Of a stretch of DNA of 64,000 nt, positions 45,998 through 55,021 are shown piece after piece. The notes below the pieces were generated by a model, which worked only from the letters and a program-made list of their open reading frames with translations, did not search any database and was not told where the DNA came from. A program made the translations under genes and the position numbers. The stretch comes from Candidatus Onthoplasma faecipullorum. GTDB taxonomy: Bacteria > Bacillota > Clostridia > Christensenellales > UBA1242. Position 1 is the stretch's first letter. Each line of letters begins with the position of its first letter. The stretch lies in assembly GCA_019120295.1 (NCBI GenBank), contig DWVI01000002.1:10754-74753 (forward strand), in the 5' to 3' direction.

Positions 45998-46366
45998 TTA
46001 AAATTTTAAGCCACCGGCTCTTGCGCCGTCTGCCAATTCTTTAACTCTTCCGGTGTAAAGATAACCACCCCTATCGAATACAACTTCGGTGATTTTCTTT
46101 TTCTTAGCAAGCACGGCGATTTGTTCACCAACATATTTTGCTTGCTCTTTATTTGTCATATTTTTAACTGCGTCTGCAACTTCTTTTTGAGTTGTGTTGC
46201 AAGCAACTAAGGTTACGCCCTTAGTGTCGTCAATGATTTGTGCATAGATGTGATTTAAACTTCTATAAACGCAAAGTCTTGGACGAGCGGTAGTACCAGC
46301 CAAGTCATGACGTAGTTTGATATGACGTTGAACACGTTTGCTATTTTTATTAATCTTGTTAATCAT
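45998..46366 (-). CDS. rplR: 50S ribosomal protein L18
   Basis: 122 aa. RPRLCVYRSLNHIYAQIIDD...FDRGGYLYTGRVKELADGAR. Confidence 0.97.
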   Translation of the reverse strand: MINKINKNSKRVQRHIKLRHDLAGTTARPRLCVYRSLNHIYAQIIDDTKGVTLVACNTTQKEVADAVKNMTNKEQAKYVGEQIAVLAKKKKITEVVFDRGGYLYTGRVKELADGARAGGLKF

Positions 46367-46377
46367 AACTTAACCTC

Positions 46378-46923
46378 CTACTTTTTCTTACCTGCAGCCT
46401 TACCTGGTTTTAAGATAACTGGTTCACTTGTGTAGTGAATACCATAACCATGATAAGGTTCAATTGGACGTATTGCTTTAATTTTTGCAGCCACTGCACC
46501 AACTTGTTGTTTATCAGCACCGCAAACTATTATTGTGTTGTTATCAGGAACTTCAAGTTTAATTCCTTCTTCTTCCACCACTTCAACAGGGTGGCTTAAA
46601 CCAAGGTTCATAACAAGTTTATTGCCTTGTTTTGTAAGTTTGTAACCTACGCCTTGAACTGTAAGTGATTTTTTAAAGCCTTCGCTCACACCAACCACCA
46701 TATTGTGGATAAGTTGACGATAAAGACCTTGTTTAACGTTAGAGTCTTTATTTTCGTCGTTTCTAGTAACTTTAACTTCGTTGTTTTCAACTGTTACTGT
46801 TACATTTTTTGAAACTTCTTGTGTTAAAGTGCCATTTTTTCCTTTAACTGTTACAACTAAACCGTTAACTTCAACAGTTACGCCTGCTGGTATAGCAATA
46901 GGTAATTTTCCAATTCTAGACAT
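46378..46923 (-). CDS. rplF: 50S ribosomal protein L6
   Basis: ATG at 46923 (MSRIGKLPIAIP) follows GGAGG. The track start at 46929 is GTG. Confidence 0.96.
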   Translation of the reverse strand: MSRIGKLPIAIPAGVTVEVNGLVVTVKGKNGTLTQEVSKNVTVTVENNEVKVTRNDENKDSNVKQGLYRQLIHNMVVGVSEGFKKSLTVQGVGYKLTKQGNKLVMNLGLSHPVEVVEEEGIKLEVPDNNTIIVCGADKQQVGAVAAKIKAIRPIEPYHGYGIHYTSEPVILKPGKAAGKKK

Positions 46924-46932
46924 ATTCACCTC

Positions 46933-47331
46933 CTACCATACATAGGCGATAACTTCGCCACCGACATTTAGTTTTCTTGCATTTTTATCTGTGATAATTC
47001 CCTTACTTGTTGAGATAATAGCAATTCCAAGGCCGTTAAGAACTTGTGGTAATTCTTCGGAGTTAGCATAAATTCTAAGACCAGGTTTGCTAATTCTTTT
47101 AAGTCCTTGAATAACTTTTTCGCCATTAGGACCGTATTTAAGGGTAATTTCAATCATATTAACGCCATCTGCAACAACTGACTTGTAATCAGTGATAAAA
47201 CCTTCATTTTTCAAGATTTCAGCGATTGCAAGTTTTGTTTTTGACTGAGGAACTAACACGCTATCTTGCTTATTTGAATTCGCGTTACGAATACGAGTAA
47301 GCATATCTGCGATTGGGTCAATAGTGTACAT
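46933..47331 (-). CDS. rpsH: 30S ribosomal protein S8
   Basis: 132 aa. [13 protein letters not shown]...GGEVIAYVW. Confidence 0.97.
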   Translation of the reverse strand: MYTIDPIADMLTRIRNANSNKQDSVLVPQSKTKLAIAEILKNEGFITDYKSVVADGVNMIEITLKYGPNGEKVIQGLKRISKPGLRIYANSEELPQVLNGLGIAIISTSKGIITDKNARKLNVGGEVIAYVW

Positions 47332-47343
47332 ATTTCTCTCCTT

Positions 47344-47529
47344 TTACCAACTAGCCTTTTTAACGCCAGGGATTTCTCCTTTACTTGCTAAATTTCTAAA
47401 ACAAATTCTGCAAATACCATATTTTTTAAGCACGGCATGAGGACGTCCGCAAATAGAACATCTCGTGTATTCGCGAGTTTTGAACTTTTGTGGTCTTTGT
47501 TGTTTATTTATCATTGCTTTTCTTGCCAT
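47344..47529 (-). CDS. rpsN: 30S ribosomal protein S14 type Z (zinc-binding)
   Basis: 61 aa. [22 protein letters not shown]. Confidence 0.96.
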   Translation of the reverse strand: MARKAMINKQQRPQKFKTREYTRCSICGRPHAVLKKYGICRICFRNLASKGEIPGVKKASW

Positions 47530-47538
47530 AATTCACTC

Positions 47539-48096
47539 CTACTTTGCCTTCTTGAATGGAACGCCCATTAAGCGTAACAATTCAAGCGCTTCTTTATCTG
47601 TCTTCGCTGTTGTGATTATCATAATATCGAAACCGCGAACCGCGTCAATTTTATCATAAACAATTTCAGGGAAGATAATTTGTTCTTTCACACCGAAAGA
47701 ATAGTTACCACGTCCGTCAAATGAAGTTGAGCTAAGTCCTTGGAAGTCTCTCACACGTGGAAGTGCAACAGAGATAAGTCTATCAAAGAACTCGTACATC
47801 TTTTCGCCACGAAGAGTTACTTTCGCACCGATTTTTTGACCTTCACGAAGTTTAAAGTTTGCTACTGATTTTTTAGCAGTAGTAACAACTGCTTTTTGAC
47901 CTGCAATCAAACTTAATTCGTCAACAGCAGTGTTGAAAGTTTTTGCATTGTCTTTTTCTTTACCAAGACGAAGGCTTAAAACGATTTTATCGAATTTTGG
48001 AACTTCCATAACATTTTTGTAACCAAATTTATCGATTAATTCCTTTTTAACCACTTCGTTATAGTATGCATGACGTCTATTTATCTCTTTATTCAT
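47539..48096 (-). CDS. rplE: 50S ribosomal protein L5
   Basis: 185 aa. [15 protein letters not shown]...[19 protein letters not shown]. Confidence 0.97.
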   Translation of the reverse strand: MNKEINRRHAYYNEVVKKELIDKFGYKNVMEVPKFDKIVLSLRLGKEKDNAKTFNTAVDELSLIAGQKAVVTTAKKSVANFKLREGQKIGAKVTLRGEKMYEFFDRLISVALPRVRDFQGLSSTSFDGRGNYSFGVKEQIIFPEIVYDKIDAVRGFDIMIITTAKTDKEALELLRLMGVPFKKAK

Positions 48097-48110
48097 TTGT
48101 CATACTCCTT

Positions 48111-48482
48111 TTAAGCCTTCTTACTGCTTTTGGCAGTTTTCTTTGCAGTAGTTTTTGTGCTTGTTTTAGCATCTAATTTAGCGCCACATTTTTTGCAAAC
48201 GCGCACGCTTTTACCGTCTTCAAGAGTGTGTGCAACACGTGTAGCCTTTTTGCATGTAGGGCATACAACTTGCACGTTAGATGCATCTATTGCACCTTCA
48301 GTTTTTAAAATTCCACCCTTGTCGTCTTTACTTCTAGGTTTACGGTGATGAGATTGAATGTTTACATTTGCAACAACAACTCTACCGTCTTGCCTATTAA
48401 CTTCTAAAACTTCACCAGTTTTACCAGCATCCTTTCCGGCAAGAACTAGAACATTGTCGCCTTTTTTAACGCTTAATTTCAT
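48111..48482 (-). CDS. rplX: 50S ribosomal protein L24 (Cys4 ribbon plus K/T/A-rich C-terminal tail)
   Basis: 123 aa. KKGDNVLVLAGKDAGKTGEVLEV (KOW). CPTCKK...CKKCG. Tail LDAKTSTKTTAKKTAKSSKKA. Confidence 0.95.
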   Translation of the reverse strand: MKLSVKKGDNVLVLAGKDAGKTGEVLEVNRQDGRVVVANVNIQSHHRKPRSKDDKGGILKTEGAIDASNVQVVCPTCKKATRVAHTLEDGKSVRVCKKCGAKLDAKTSTKTTAKKTAKSSKKA

Positions 48483-48491
48483 CTTTCCCTC

Positions 48492-48860
48492 CTATATAAC
48501 TTCTGGTGCAAGCGAAATAATTTGCATAAATCCCTTTGCACGAAGTTCTCTTGCTATTGGTCCAAACACACGAGTGCCACGAGGTGCTTTTTGTTTATCG
48601 ATAAGAACAGCAGCGTTTTCGTCAAACTTGATTGAACTACCGTCAGCACGTTCAATTCCTTTCTTAGAACGAACGATAACTGCCATAACAACATCACCTT
48701 TTTTTACTTTTCCGTCTGGATCTGCTTTTTTAACAGAGGCAACAATGACATCGCCAATGTTAGCATATTTTCTAACTGAACCGCCTAAACAACGAATGCA
48801 CATAATTTTCTTTGCACCACTGTTATCAGCCACGTTCAATGTTGATAATGGTTGTATCAT
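48492..48860 (-). CDS. rplN: 50S ribosomal protein L14
   Basis: ATG at 48860 ([17 protein letters not shown]) after AGGAGG. The track ORF is over-extended by 7 codons. Confidence 0.97.
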   Translation of the reverse strand: MIQPLSTLNVADNSGAKKIMCIRCLGGSVRKYANIGDVIVASVKKADPDGKVKKGDVVMAVIVRSKKGIERADGSSIKFDENAAVLIDKQKAPRGTRVFGPIARELRAKGFMQIISLAPEVI

Positions 48861-48870
48861 ACTTTGCCTC

Positions 48871-49125
48871 CTATTTAGCACGCTCTACGATAGATAGAAG
48901 CCTGAAATATTTATCTTTGCTTAGTGGACGACATTCAACAATAGTTACAGTGTCACCAACATGTGCTTCATTCTTTTCGTCATGTGCTTTGTATTTTTTT
49001 GTTACAGTTGTGTATTTCTTATAAACTGGGTGTTTTTTCTTGCTGGTTACCAAAACAGTAATAGTCTTGTCCATTTTGTCAGAAACAACAACACCTTGTA
49101 TTGTCTTGTGGTTTACTTTTTCCAT
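48871..49125 (-). CDS. rpsQ: 30S ribosomal protein S17
   Basis: 84 aa. [16 protein letters not shown]...[24 protein letters not shown]. Confidence 0.97.
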   Translation of the reverse strand: MEKVNHKTIQGVVVSDKMDKTITVLVTSKKKHPVYKKYTTVTKKYKAHDEKNEAHVGDTVTIVECRPLSKDKYFRLLSIVERAK

Positions 49126-49128
49126 ATA

Positions 49129-49338
49129 CTACTCCTTTGCCCCAGCGGTTTTTTCTTTAAGAGCGGTTTTCACTCTCGCAATGTTTTTCTTAACAATTCT
49201 AATTCTAGAAGTGTCTTGCAATTGACCAACTTTATTTTGGAAAGTAAGGTTGAAAAGTTCACTTCTTAGTTTACTTTCTTCGTCAGTCAACTCTTTTACT
49301 GATAAGTTTCTATAATTATTCTTCATTGTTTTCACCAC
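49129..49338 (-). CDS. rpmC: 50S ribosomal protein L29
   Basis: 69 aa. [23 protein letters not shown]. Confidence 0.95.
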   Translation of the reverse strand: MVKTMKNNYRNLSVKELTDEESKLRSELFNLTFQNKVGQLQDTSRIRIVKKNIARVKTALKEKTAGAKE

Positions 49339-49753
49339 CTTTTTCCTTACGCACTACGCGTGTTTTACAAGGAAGTTTGTGTGAAGCAAGCCTTAAAGCT
49401 TCCAAACAAAGTTCTTCACTTGGACCGCTCACTTCCAAAATTACTCTATCACGTTTAACGACTGCAACGTGACCAACTTGTGCACCTTTACCGCTACCCA
49501 TACGAGTGTCGGCAGGTTTTTTAGTGATAGGTTTGTCTGGGAAAACTTTTATCCAAACTTTACCACCACGTTTCATGTATCTATTTATAGCAACACGTGC
49601 TGCTTCTAGTTGATTAGGAGTCATCCAGCATGGTTCAGTTGCTTGAAGACCATAATCGCCGTAAACAACTTTACTACCACGGATTGCACGTCCCGTCATT
49701 CTTCCACGATGTTGCTTTCTTCTTTTTTCTCTTTTTGGAATTAGCATACCCAT
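49316..49753 (-). CDS. rplP: 50S ribosomal protein L16
   Basis: 145 aa. [17 protein letters not shown]...RMGSGKG. Confidence 0.97.
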   Translation of the reverse strand: MGMLIPKREKRRKQHRGRMTGRAIRGSKVVYGDYGLQATEPCWMTPNQLEAARVAINRYMKRGGKVWIKVFPDKPITKKPADTRMGSGKGAQVGHVAVVKRDRVILEVSGPSEELCLEALRLASHKLPCKTRVVRKEKGGENNEE

Positions 49754-49754
49754 A

Positions 49755-50429
49755 CTAGTTTTCTCCTTTCTTATGATTTACTGAACTTTGAGAAACTTTA
49801 CCTAAAATTTCGCCTTTATTTATCCAAACTTTAACGCCTAGAACGCCGAATGTTGTGTGTGCTTCAACGCAAGCATAGTCGATGTTTGCTCTAATTGTGT
49901 GAAGTGGAAGACTACCTTCATGATAGTGTTCACTTCTTGCAATTTCAGCGCCGTCAAGTCTACCTGAAACCATGGTTTTAACACCAACAGCACCAGCACG
50001 CATAACTCTTTGCATAGCAGACTTCATAACACGTCTGAATTGAGCACGTTTTTCAAGTTGCGCTGCGATTGATTCAGCAACTAGTTTTGCATCTAAATCT
50101 GGGTTTTTAAGTTCAACGATGTTAACGTTTACTTTTTTAGCATTAGATAATTTCTCAATATTTTTCTTTAATTGTTCAACACCTGCACCCTTTTGACCGA
50201 TTAAAACACCTGGTTTTGCAGTACTAATTGTAACAGTAACTGAATCAGCCGTTCTTTCAATCAAAACGTTAGATATTGCGCAATTTTTATATTCTTTAAG
50301 GATGTACTTACGGATAACATTGTCTTCCTTAATGTTTTTAGCGATATCTTTCTTGTCTGCGTACCAAAAAGAATTCCATGTCTTATTGATACCAACTCTT
50401 AGTCCATTTGGATTAACTTTTTGTCCCAT
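49755..50429 (-). CDS. rpsC: 30S ribosomal protein S3
   Basis: 224 aa. [14 protein letters not shown]...[10 protein letters not shown] (KH domain). Confidence 0.97.
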   Translation of the reverse strand: MGQKVNPNGLRVGINKTWNSFWYADKKDIAKNIKEDNVIRKYILKEYKNCAISNVLIERTADSVTVTISTAKPGVLIGQKGAGVEQLKKNIEKLSNAKKVNVNIVELKNPDLDAKLVAESIAAQLEKRAQFRRVMKSAMQRVMRAGAVGVKTMVSGRLDGAEIARSEHYHEGSLPLHTIRANIDYACVEAHTTFGVLGVKVWINKGEILGKVSQSSVNHKKGEN

Positions 50430-50432
50430 ACT

Positions 50433-50825
50433 CTACTCCTTACTATCTAGCACAACTTTAATGTGACTAGTTCTTGTTGCAATTCTTTCAGCACCATGAC
50501 CACGACCACGAATATAAACTTTGTTAACGTGAACAGGGCCTGAACCAAGGATAACTTCTGCAAGATACAAATCGTGAACGTTCATACCTTTGTTGTGTTC
50601 AGCATTTGCACCAGCAGACTTAACAACCTTTAATAAAATTGCTGCTGCTTCGTGTGGCATGTTAGATAAAATTGCCACAGCGTCGTCATAACTCTTGCCT
50701 TTAACTTGGTCGATTACGATTTTAGCCTTTGTAGGAGAAAGCCTAACGAAACGAACACTAGCATAAGGGCGAGTTTCTCTATTTGCTTTAACTAATTCTG
50801 CTTTTTCTCTAATTCTTTTTGCCAT
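50433..50825 (-). CDS. rplV: 50S ribosomal protein L22
   Basis: 130 aa. VRLSPTKAKIVIDQVKGKSYDDAVAIL. Confidence 0.96.
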   Translation of the reverse strand: MAKRIREKAELVKANRETRPYASVRFVRLSPTKAKIVIDQVKGKSYDDAVAILSNMPHEAAAILLKVVKSAGANAEHNKGMNVHDLYLAEVILGSGPVHVNKVYIRGRGHGAERIATRTSHIKVVLDSKE

Positions 50826-50834
50826 AATTCACTC

Positions 50835-51107
50835 CTACTTCTTCGCTTCTTTTTGCTTGTGGCCTTTAAAGGTTCTTGTTGGAGCGAATTCGCCCAACTT
50901 GTGACCAACCATATCGACAGTGCAATATACAGGTATATGTTTTCTTCCATTGTGGACAGCGATTGTGTGGCCTACGAATTCAGGGTATATAGTGCTAGAC
51001 CTAGACCAGGTTTTAACAGCCTTTTTTTCACCCTTTTCGTTCATTTCCACAACACGAGCCATAAGTTTTTCTTCCACATATGGTTTTTTCTTTAAACTTC
51101 TACTCAT
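50835..51107 (-). CDS. rpsS: 30S ribosomal protein S19
   Basis: 90 aa. [11 protein letters not shown]...[11 protein letters not shown]...[13 protein letters not shown]. Confidence 0.97.
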   Translation of the reverse strand: MSRSLKKKPYVEEKLMARVVEMNEKGEKKAVKTWSRSSTIYPEFVGHTIAVHNGRKHIPVYCTVDMVGHKLGEFAPTRTFKGHKQKEAKK

Positions 51108-51115
51108 AATCTCTC

Positions 51116-51955
51116 CTACTTAGCTTTCGCTCTTTTGACAATTAACTTGTCAGAAGCCTTTTTATGTTTTCTAGTCTTATAACCAAGGGCTGGTTTACCC
51201 CAAGGTGTAACAGGACCTGCGTGTCCGACTGGTGACTTACCTTCACCACCACCGTGTGGGTGGTCAACTGGGTTCATTGCTGAACCACGAACACTTGGAC
51301 GAATTCCAAGGTGACGGCTCTTTCCTGCCTTACCAAGAGCAATAATTTCTCTTTCTTCGTTGCCAATTTCACCGATAGTTGCACGGCAATTAATTGGAAC
51401 TTTTCTCATTTCGCCAGAAGGCAAACGAACAGTTGCGAATGCGCCTTCTTTTGCCATAAGTTGAGCAGATAAACCTGCGCTTCTAACCATTTGACCGCCA
51501 CGGTTTGGTTGCAATTCAATGTTGTGAATTTTGCTACCAAGTGGAATTTCAGAAAGTGGAAGTGCATTTCCTGGTTTGATTTCAGCACCAACACCGCTCA
51601 TAACTTTATCGCCAACGTTTAAGCCTTTTGGTGCTAAAATGTATCTCTTTTCACCATCAGCATAAACAAGTAATGCTATGAAAGCAGTTCTATTTGGGTC
51701 GTATTGTATGCTATCAACACGAGCAACAATTCCGTCTTTATTACGTTTGAAGTCAATAATACGATATTTTCTTCTATTACCGCCACCGATATTTCTAACG
51801 GTGATTTTACCTTGGGCATTACGACCGCCAGTTTTTTTCTTTGTTCCAATCAAACTTGCTGGAACTTCTGCGTCTTTAGTTAAAACGCCTTTATATTGGA
51901 TTGATTTCTTACCTCTTTGTCCAGGAGTTACTGGATTATAACTTTTTATAGCCAT
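51116..51955 (-). CDS. rplB: 50S ribosomal protein L2
   Basis: ATG at 51955 ([15 protein letters not shown]) after AAGGAG. The track start at 51961 is [15 protein letters not shown] motif. Confidence 0.97.
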   Translation of the reverse strand: MAIKSYNPVTPGQRGKKSIQYKGVLTKDAEVPASLIGTKKKTGGRNAQGKITVRNIGGGNRRKYRIIDFKRNKDGIVARVDSIQYDPNRTAFIALLVYADGEKRYILAPKGLNVGDKVMSGVGAEIKPGNALPLSEIPLGSKIHNIELQPNRGGQMVRSAGLSAQLMAKEGAFATVRLPSGEMRKVPINCRATIGEIGNEEREIIALGKAGKSRHLGIRPSVRGSAMNPVDHPHGGGEGKSPVGHAGPVTPWGKPALGYKTRKHKKASDKLIVKRAKAK

Positions 51956-51968
51956 ATTCAATCTCCTT

Positions 51969-52271
51969 TTAGTTCAAGCTCTCGAAGAATGCGATAGCCT
52001 TTGATTCAGGTTTTAAGAAAACTATTGCTTTCTTGTAATCGCTTGTTCTACCAGTAACTCTACCATTTTTTGTTCTTCTAACTTTTGTTGTACCTTTCAC
52101 AATCATTGTGTTAACACGAGCAACTTGCACTTCAAAAAGTTCTTCAACAGCCTTTTTGATTTCAACTTTGTTTGCTTTCATGTTAACTTCGAAAGTGTAC
52201 ACTTTATTTGGGAAGCCTGCGTATGATTTTTCAGTCATAATAGGCTTCAAGATAATTTCTTGCGCTGTCAT
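51969..52271 (-). CDS. rplW: 50S ribosomal protein L23
   Basis: 100 aa. [10 protein letters not shown]...[22 protein letters not shown]. Confidence 0.96.
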   Translation of the reverse strand: MTAQEIILKPIMTEKSYAGFPNKVYTFEVNMKANKVEIKKAVEELFEVQVARVNTMIVKGTTKVRRTKNGRVTGRTSDYKKAIVFLKPESKAIAFFESLN

Positions 52272-52894
52272 TATACGTATGCCTCCTCTAATTTCTTAAT
52301 TGCGTTCTTATCGAAAACTAGATATGTGTTTTCAACAAGGTCAGCAACGTTTAAAAGCATTGCGTCTTCGCAAGACACTTTTTGAATGTTACCAGTTGCG
52401 CGGATAACGTTATCGTTCTTTCCGTCAGTAACAATAATTGTGCGCTTGCTTAAACCGAATGTTTTTAAGAAGTTGCTTGCTTCTTTTGTTTTAGCGTTTT
52501 CAAAGTCAATTTTGTCAATGATAATAACTTCATTTTGTCTAATCTTTTCAGATAATGCTGAAGCGAATGCAATATCACGCATTTTCTTATTTATCTTTTG
52601 ACTAAAATCTCTTGGTTTTGGTGCAAACACTACACCACTGCCCACGAATTGTGGTGCGCTCTTTTCGTCATGACGGGCATTACCTGTGCCTTTTTGACGA
52701 TAGATTTTCTTCTTACTAGCGTTAATTTCGCTACGAGTTAAAGTTGATTTTGTTCCTTGACGAGCGTTATTGTGCAAAGCAACAACAACTTGGTGAACTA
52801 ATGGTTCGTTATATTCAGCACCAAACACCATATCGTTTAAGGTGATTGAACCAACTTCTTCCTTATTCATATTATAAACTTTAAGTTTTGCCAT
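52271..52894 (-). CDS. rplD: 50S ribosomal protein L4
   Basis: 207 aa. RQGTKSTLTRSEINASKKKIYRQKGTGNARH. Confidence 0.97.
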   Translation of the reverse strand: MAKLKVYNMNKEEVGSITLNDMVFGAEYNEPLVHQVVVALHNNARQGTKSTLTRSEINASKKKIYRQKGTGNARHDEKSAPQFVGSGVVFAPKPRDFSQKINKKMRDIAFASALSEKIRQNEVIIIDKIDFENAKTKEASNFLKTFGLSKRTIIVTDGKNDNVIRATGNIQKVSCEDAMLLNVADLVENTYLVFDKNAIKKLEEAYV

Positions 52895-52905
52895 AGTTAA
52901 CTCCT

Positions 52906-53538
52906 TTAAGCCTTCACAGCGGACTTAATAGTAACTATTGATTTTTTAGGTCCAGGGATAGCACCTTTTACTAAAATTAAGTTTCTATCTGCGTCCACGC
53001 GCACAACTTTAAGATTTTGTATTGTAACTGCCTCGTTGCCATATTGGCCAGGCATCTTTTTACCTTTAAACACTCTACTTGGTGTTGAGTTAGCACCCAT
53101 TGAACCAACTTCGCGGTGAACAGGACCAACACCGTGTGTCATTTTAAGTCTGTGGTGATTCCAACGTTTGATAACACCAGAGAAACCATGACCTTTGCTT
53201 GTTCCTGAAACGTCAACAAGGTCACCTTCTTTAAACATATCAGCCTTGATTTCTTGACCAAGGGCGAATTTAGTTACATCGTCATATCTAAATTCTTTTA
53301 AAACTCTTTTTGCATCAATGCCGGCTTTTTTAAATGTGCCTGCTTGACTTTTGTTTACATTCTTTGCTTTAACTTCGCCGAATGCTAGTTGAACTGAATT
53401 GTATCCGTCAACGTCCTGAGTTTTGATTTGTGACACATAACATGGACCAGCTTCAATAACTGTTACAGGTTCTACCCTTCCGTCGTCCATGAACACTTGC
53501 GTCATACCAACTTTTCTACCTATGATTGCTTTTTCCAC
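52906..53538 (-). CDS. rplC: 50S ribosomal protein L3
   Basis: 210 aa. IIGRKVGMTQVF...GTSKGHGFSGVIKRWN. Confidence 0.97.
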   Translation of the reverse strand: MEKAIIGRKVGMTQVFMDDGRVEPVTVIEAGPCYVSQIKTQDVDGYNSVQLAFGEVKAKNVNKSQAGTFKKAGIDAKRVLKEFRYDDVTKFALGQEIKADMFKEGDLVDVSGTSKGHGFSGVIKRWNHHRLKMTHGVGPVHREVGSMGANSTPSRVFKGKKMPGQYGNEAVTIQNLKVVRVDADRNLILVKGAIPGPKKSIVTIKSAVKA

Positions 53539-53547
53539 AGTGCCCTC

Positions 53548-53856
53548 CTATAATTCCACTTTAATGTCCACACCACTTGGCACGTTCATTTTTAAAACAG
53601 TGTCAATAGCCTTTTGGTTTGGTGCGTAAACATCAATAAGCCTAAAATGTGTGCGAGATTCGAATTGCTCGCGTGAATCCTTGTTAACGTGAGTTGAACG
53701 AAGGATTGTTACCACTTCTTTCTTTGTTGGAAGTGGAATTGGTCCAGACACTTTGCATCCAGACTTTGTTGCAGTGTCAAGAATTCTTGAAACTACATTG
53801 TCGATTAAACCTGTATCATATGAAGCAAGTTTTATTCTGATTTTTCTTGTTGCCAT
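53548..53856 (-). CDS. rpsJ: 30S ribosomal protein S10
   Basis: 102 aa. IRIKLASYD...PLPTKKEVVTILRSTHVNKDSREQFE. Confidence 0.97.
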   Translation of the reverse strand: MATRKIRIKLASYDTGLIDNVVSRILDTATKSGCKVSGPIPLPTKKEVVTILRSTHVNKDSREQFESRTHFRLIDVYAPNQKAIDTVLKMNVPSGVDIKVEL

Positions 53857-54149
53857 TTTTCTCTCCTTTTTTAACTTAGCAATAAAACTGGAAAACCTTA
53901 AAACAATCGGTATGATTTATGGCGGTAGTTTGTAATCTATAATTACACTTGCACGCGTTTACACCAAGCCGTGTGTTAAGTGCTAACTCTCAAAAATAAA
54001 TAAGGCTCAACACCTTTATTTTTGCCAGCCGTTCTTACGAACATATGGTAAACACAAATTCCCACCAGCAACCTGTTTTGCTGTTGCAACCTTGTGCCTT
54101 AACCCACAATTAGCAATGGTATTCTAGCAAACAACTAAATCTTTGTCAA
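53857..54149 (-). promoter_or_regulatory. S10-operon promoter (-35 TTGACA 54144-54149, 17-nt spacer, -10 TAGAAT 54121-54126) plus ~258-nt structured leader with a terminator-like hairpin (~53990-54030)
   Basis: Hexamers read directly. The leader is visibly GC-richer than other spacers. It contains CAGCA/UGCUG and GUUGCAAC pairings and an AAUAAAGG...CCUUAUUUAUUUUU element. Confidence 0.55.
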
Positions 54150-54440
54150 CACTTTTTTCTAATTTTTTTAAATATTTTTAACGTTTTTTTGCAATACTTA
54201 AACTTTACCTAAATATTAAAAATCTATATTTGTTTTAGTTTTATATCTTTTTTACACTCTCAACTATATTTTTTGTATTAGTTTTTTCGTTGATATTGAT
54301 TATTGATATTGTTCTATAATTAACAAATAATCGCGCGCATGCGTATATAAATAAGGTAAAATGATGACGTGACTAGTTATAATTAAACCAAAAAATTAAA
54401 TATCTCATAAAACTTTTTTTAAAATTTTTGAAAAAAGGTA

Positions 54441-54469
54441 TTTACAAACGAAAAATAATATGTTAAAAT
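54441..54469 (+). promoter_or_regulatory. Promoter for the 152-aa gene: -35 TTTACA, 17-nt spacer, extended -10 TGtTAAAAT
   Basis: Read directly, 40 nt upstream of the ATG at 54509 (AGGAGA SD). Confidence 0.45.
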
Positions 54470-54508
54470 CAAAGCGAATTGAAAATATTTATAAATTAGG
54501 AGAAAGTT

Positions 54509-54967
54509 ATGGCAAAAATAGATGCTAACGCACCATATGTACCAGAAGAATCTAAAAATGGTCAAAGAATTTTAAGTTACTCAAATGAACAGATATTTAA
54601 TAGATATTTCACAGAAGATGATGGTGTGGGTTTCGGGGACGATTTTGATGAAGTTATCAACATACGTAATGAAGAAGACGAAAAGGCTCCTTTTGTGTAT
54701 AAAAATTTAACAGCGCTAGCGGGCGATGTATTAAATTATGTTCGTTCAAAATTTCATTTAAAGATAGTTCCTTTCGTGCCAGAAGGTTACAAGATAAACA
54801 CAGCCACGCTTGTAAAAGACATTGAATCAATCTTAGAAGAAAATCCTAATGCGGTTCGTCAAGCAGGTGTAAGCAATAAATTAAATCCTTTCATAAGGGG
54901 TTCTGTGGAATTTTTACTTACAACTCTCAATAAAGGTTTAGAATACAAAATTGAATTAGGTGTTTAA
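54509..54967 (+). CDS. Hypothetical 152-aa protein
   Basis: ORF with AGGAGAAAG SD and its own promoter and terminator. No motif recognised. Confidence 0.65.
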   Translation: MAKIDANAPYVPEESKNGQRILSYSNEQIFNRYFTEDDGVGFGDDFDEVINIRNEEDEKAPFVYKNLTALAGDVLNYVRSKFHLKIVPFVPEGYKINTATLVKDIESILEENPNAVRQAGVSNKLNPFIRGSVEFLLTTLNKGLEYKIELGV

Positions 54968-54996
54968 AAAAAAATCGCCAAACGGCGATTTTTTTA
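54966..54996. terminator. Bidirectional intrinsic terminator shared by the convergent 152-aa and 605-aa genes
   Basis: A9-ATCGCC-AAAC-GGCGAT-T7. Confidence 0.75.
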
Positions 54997-55021
54997 TTTA
55001 TTATTTTGTTTTTATTCAATA

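Noticed and set aside
48358-48897. 179-aa plus-strand ORF across rplX/rplN.
   Set aside because: It is antisense to two unmistakable ribosomal protein genes. It is a typical shadow ORF in a codon-biased, highly expressed region. The same applies to the other plus-strand ORFs inside fusA, tuf, rpoA, rplB, pgk and nifJ.
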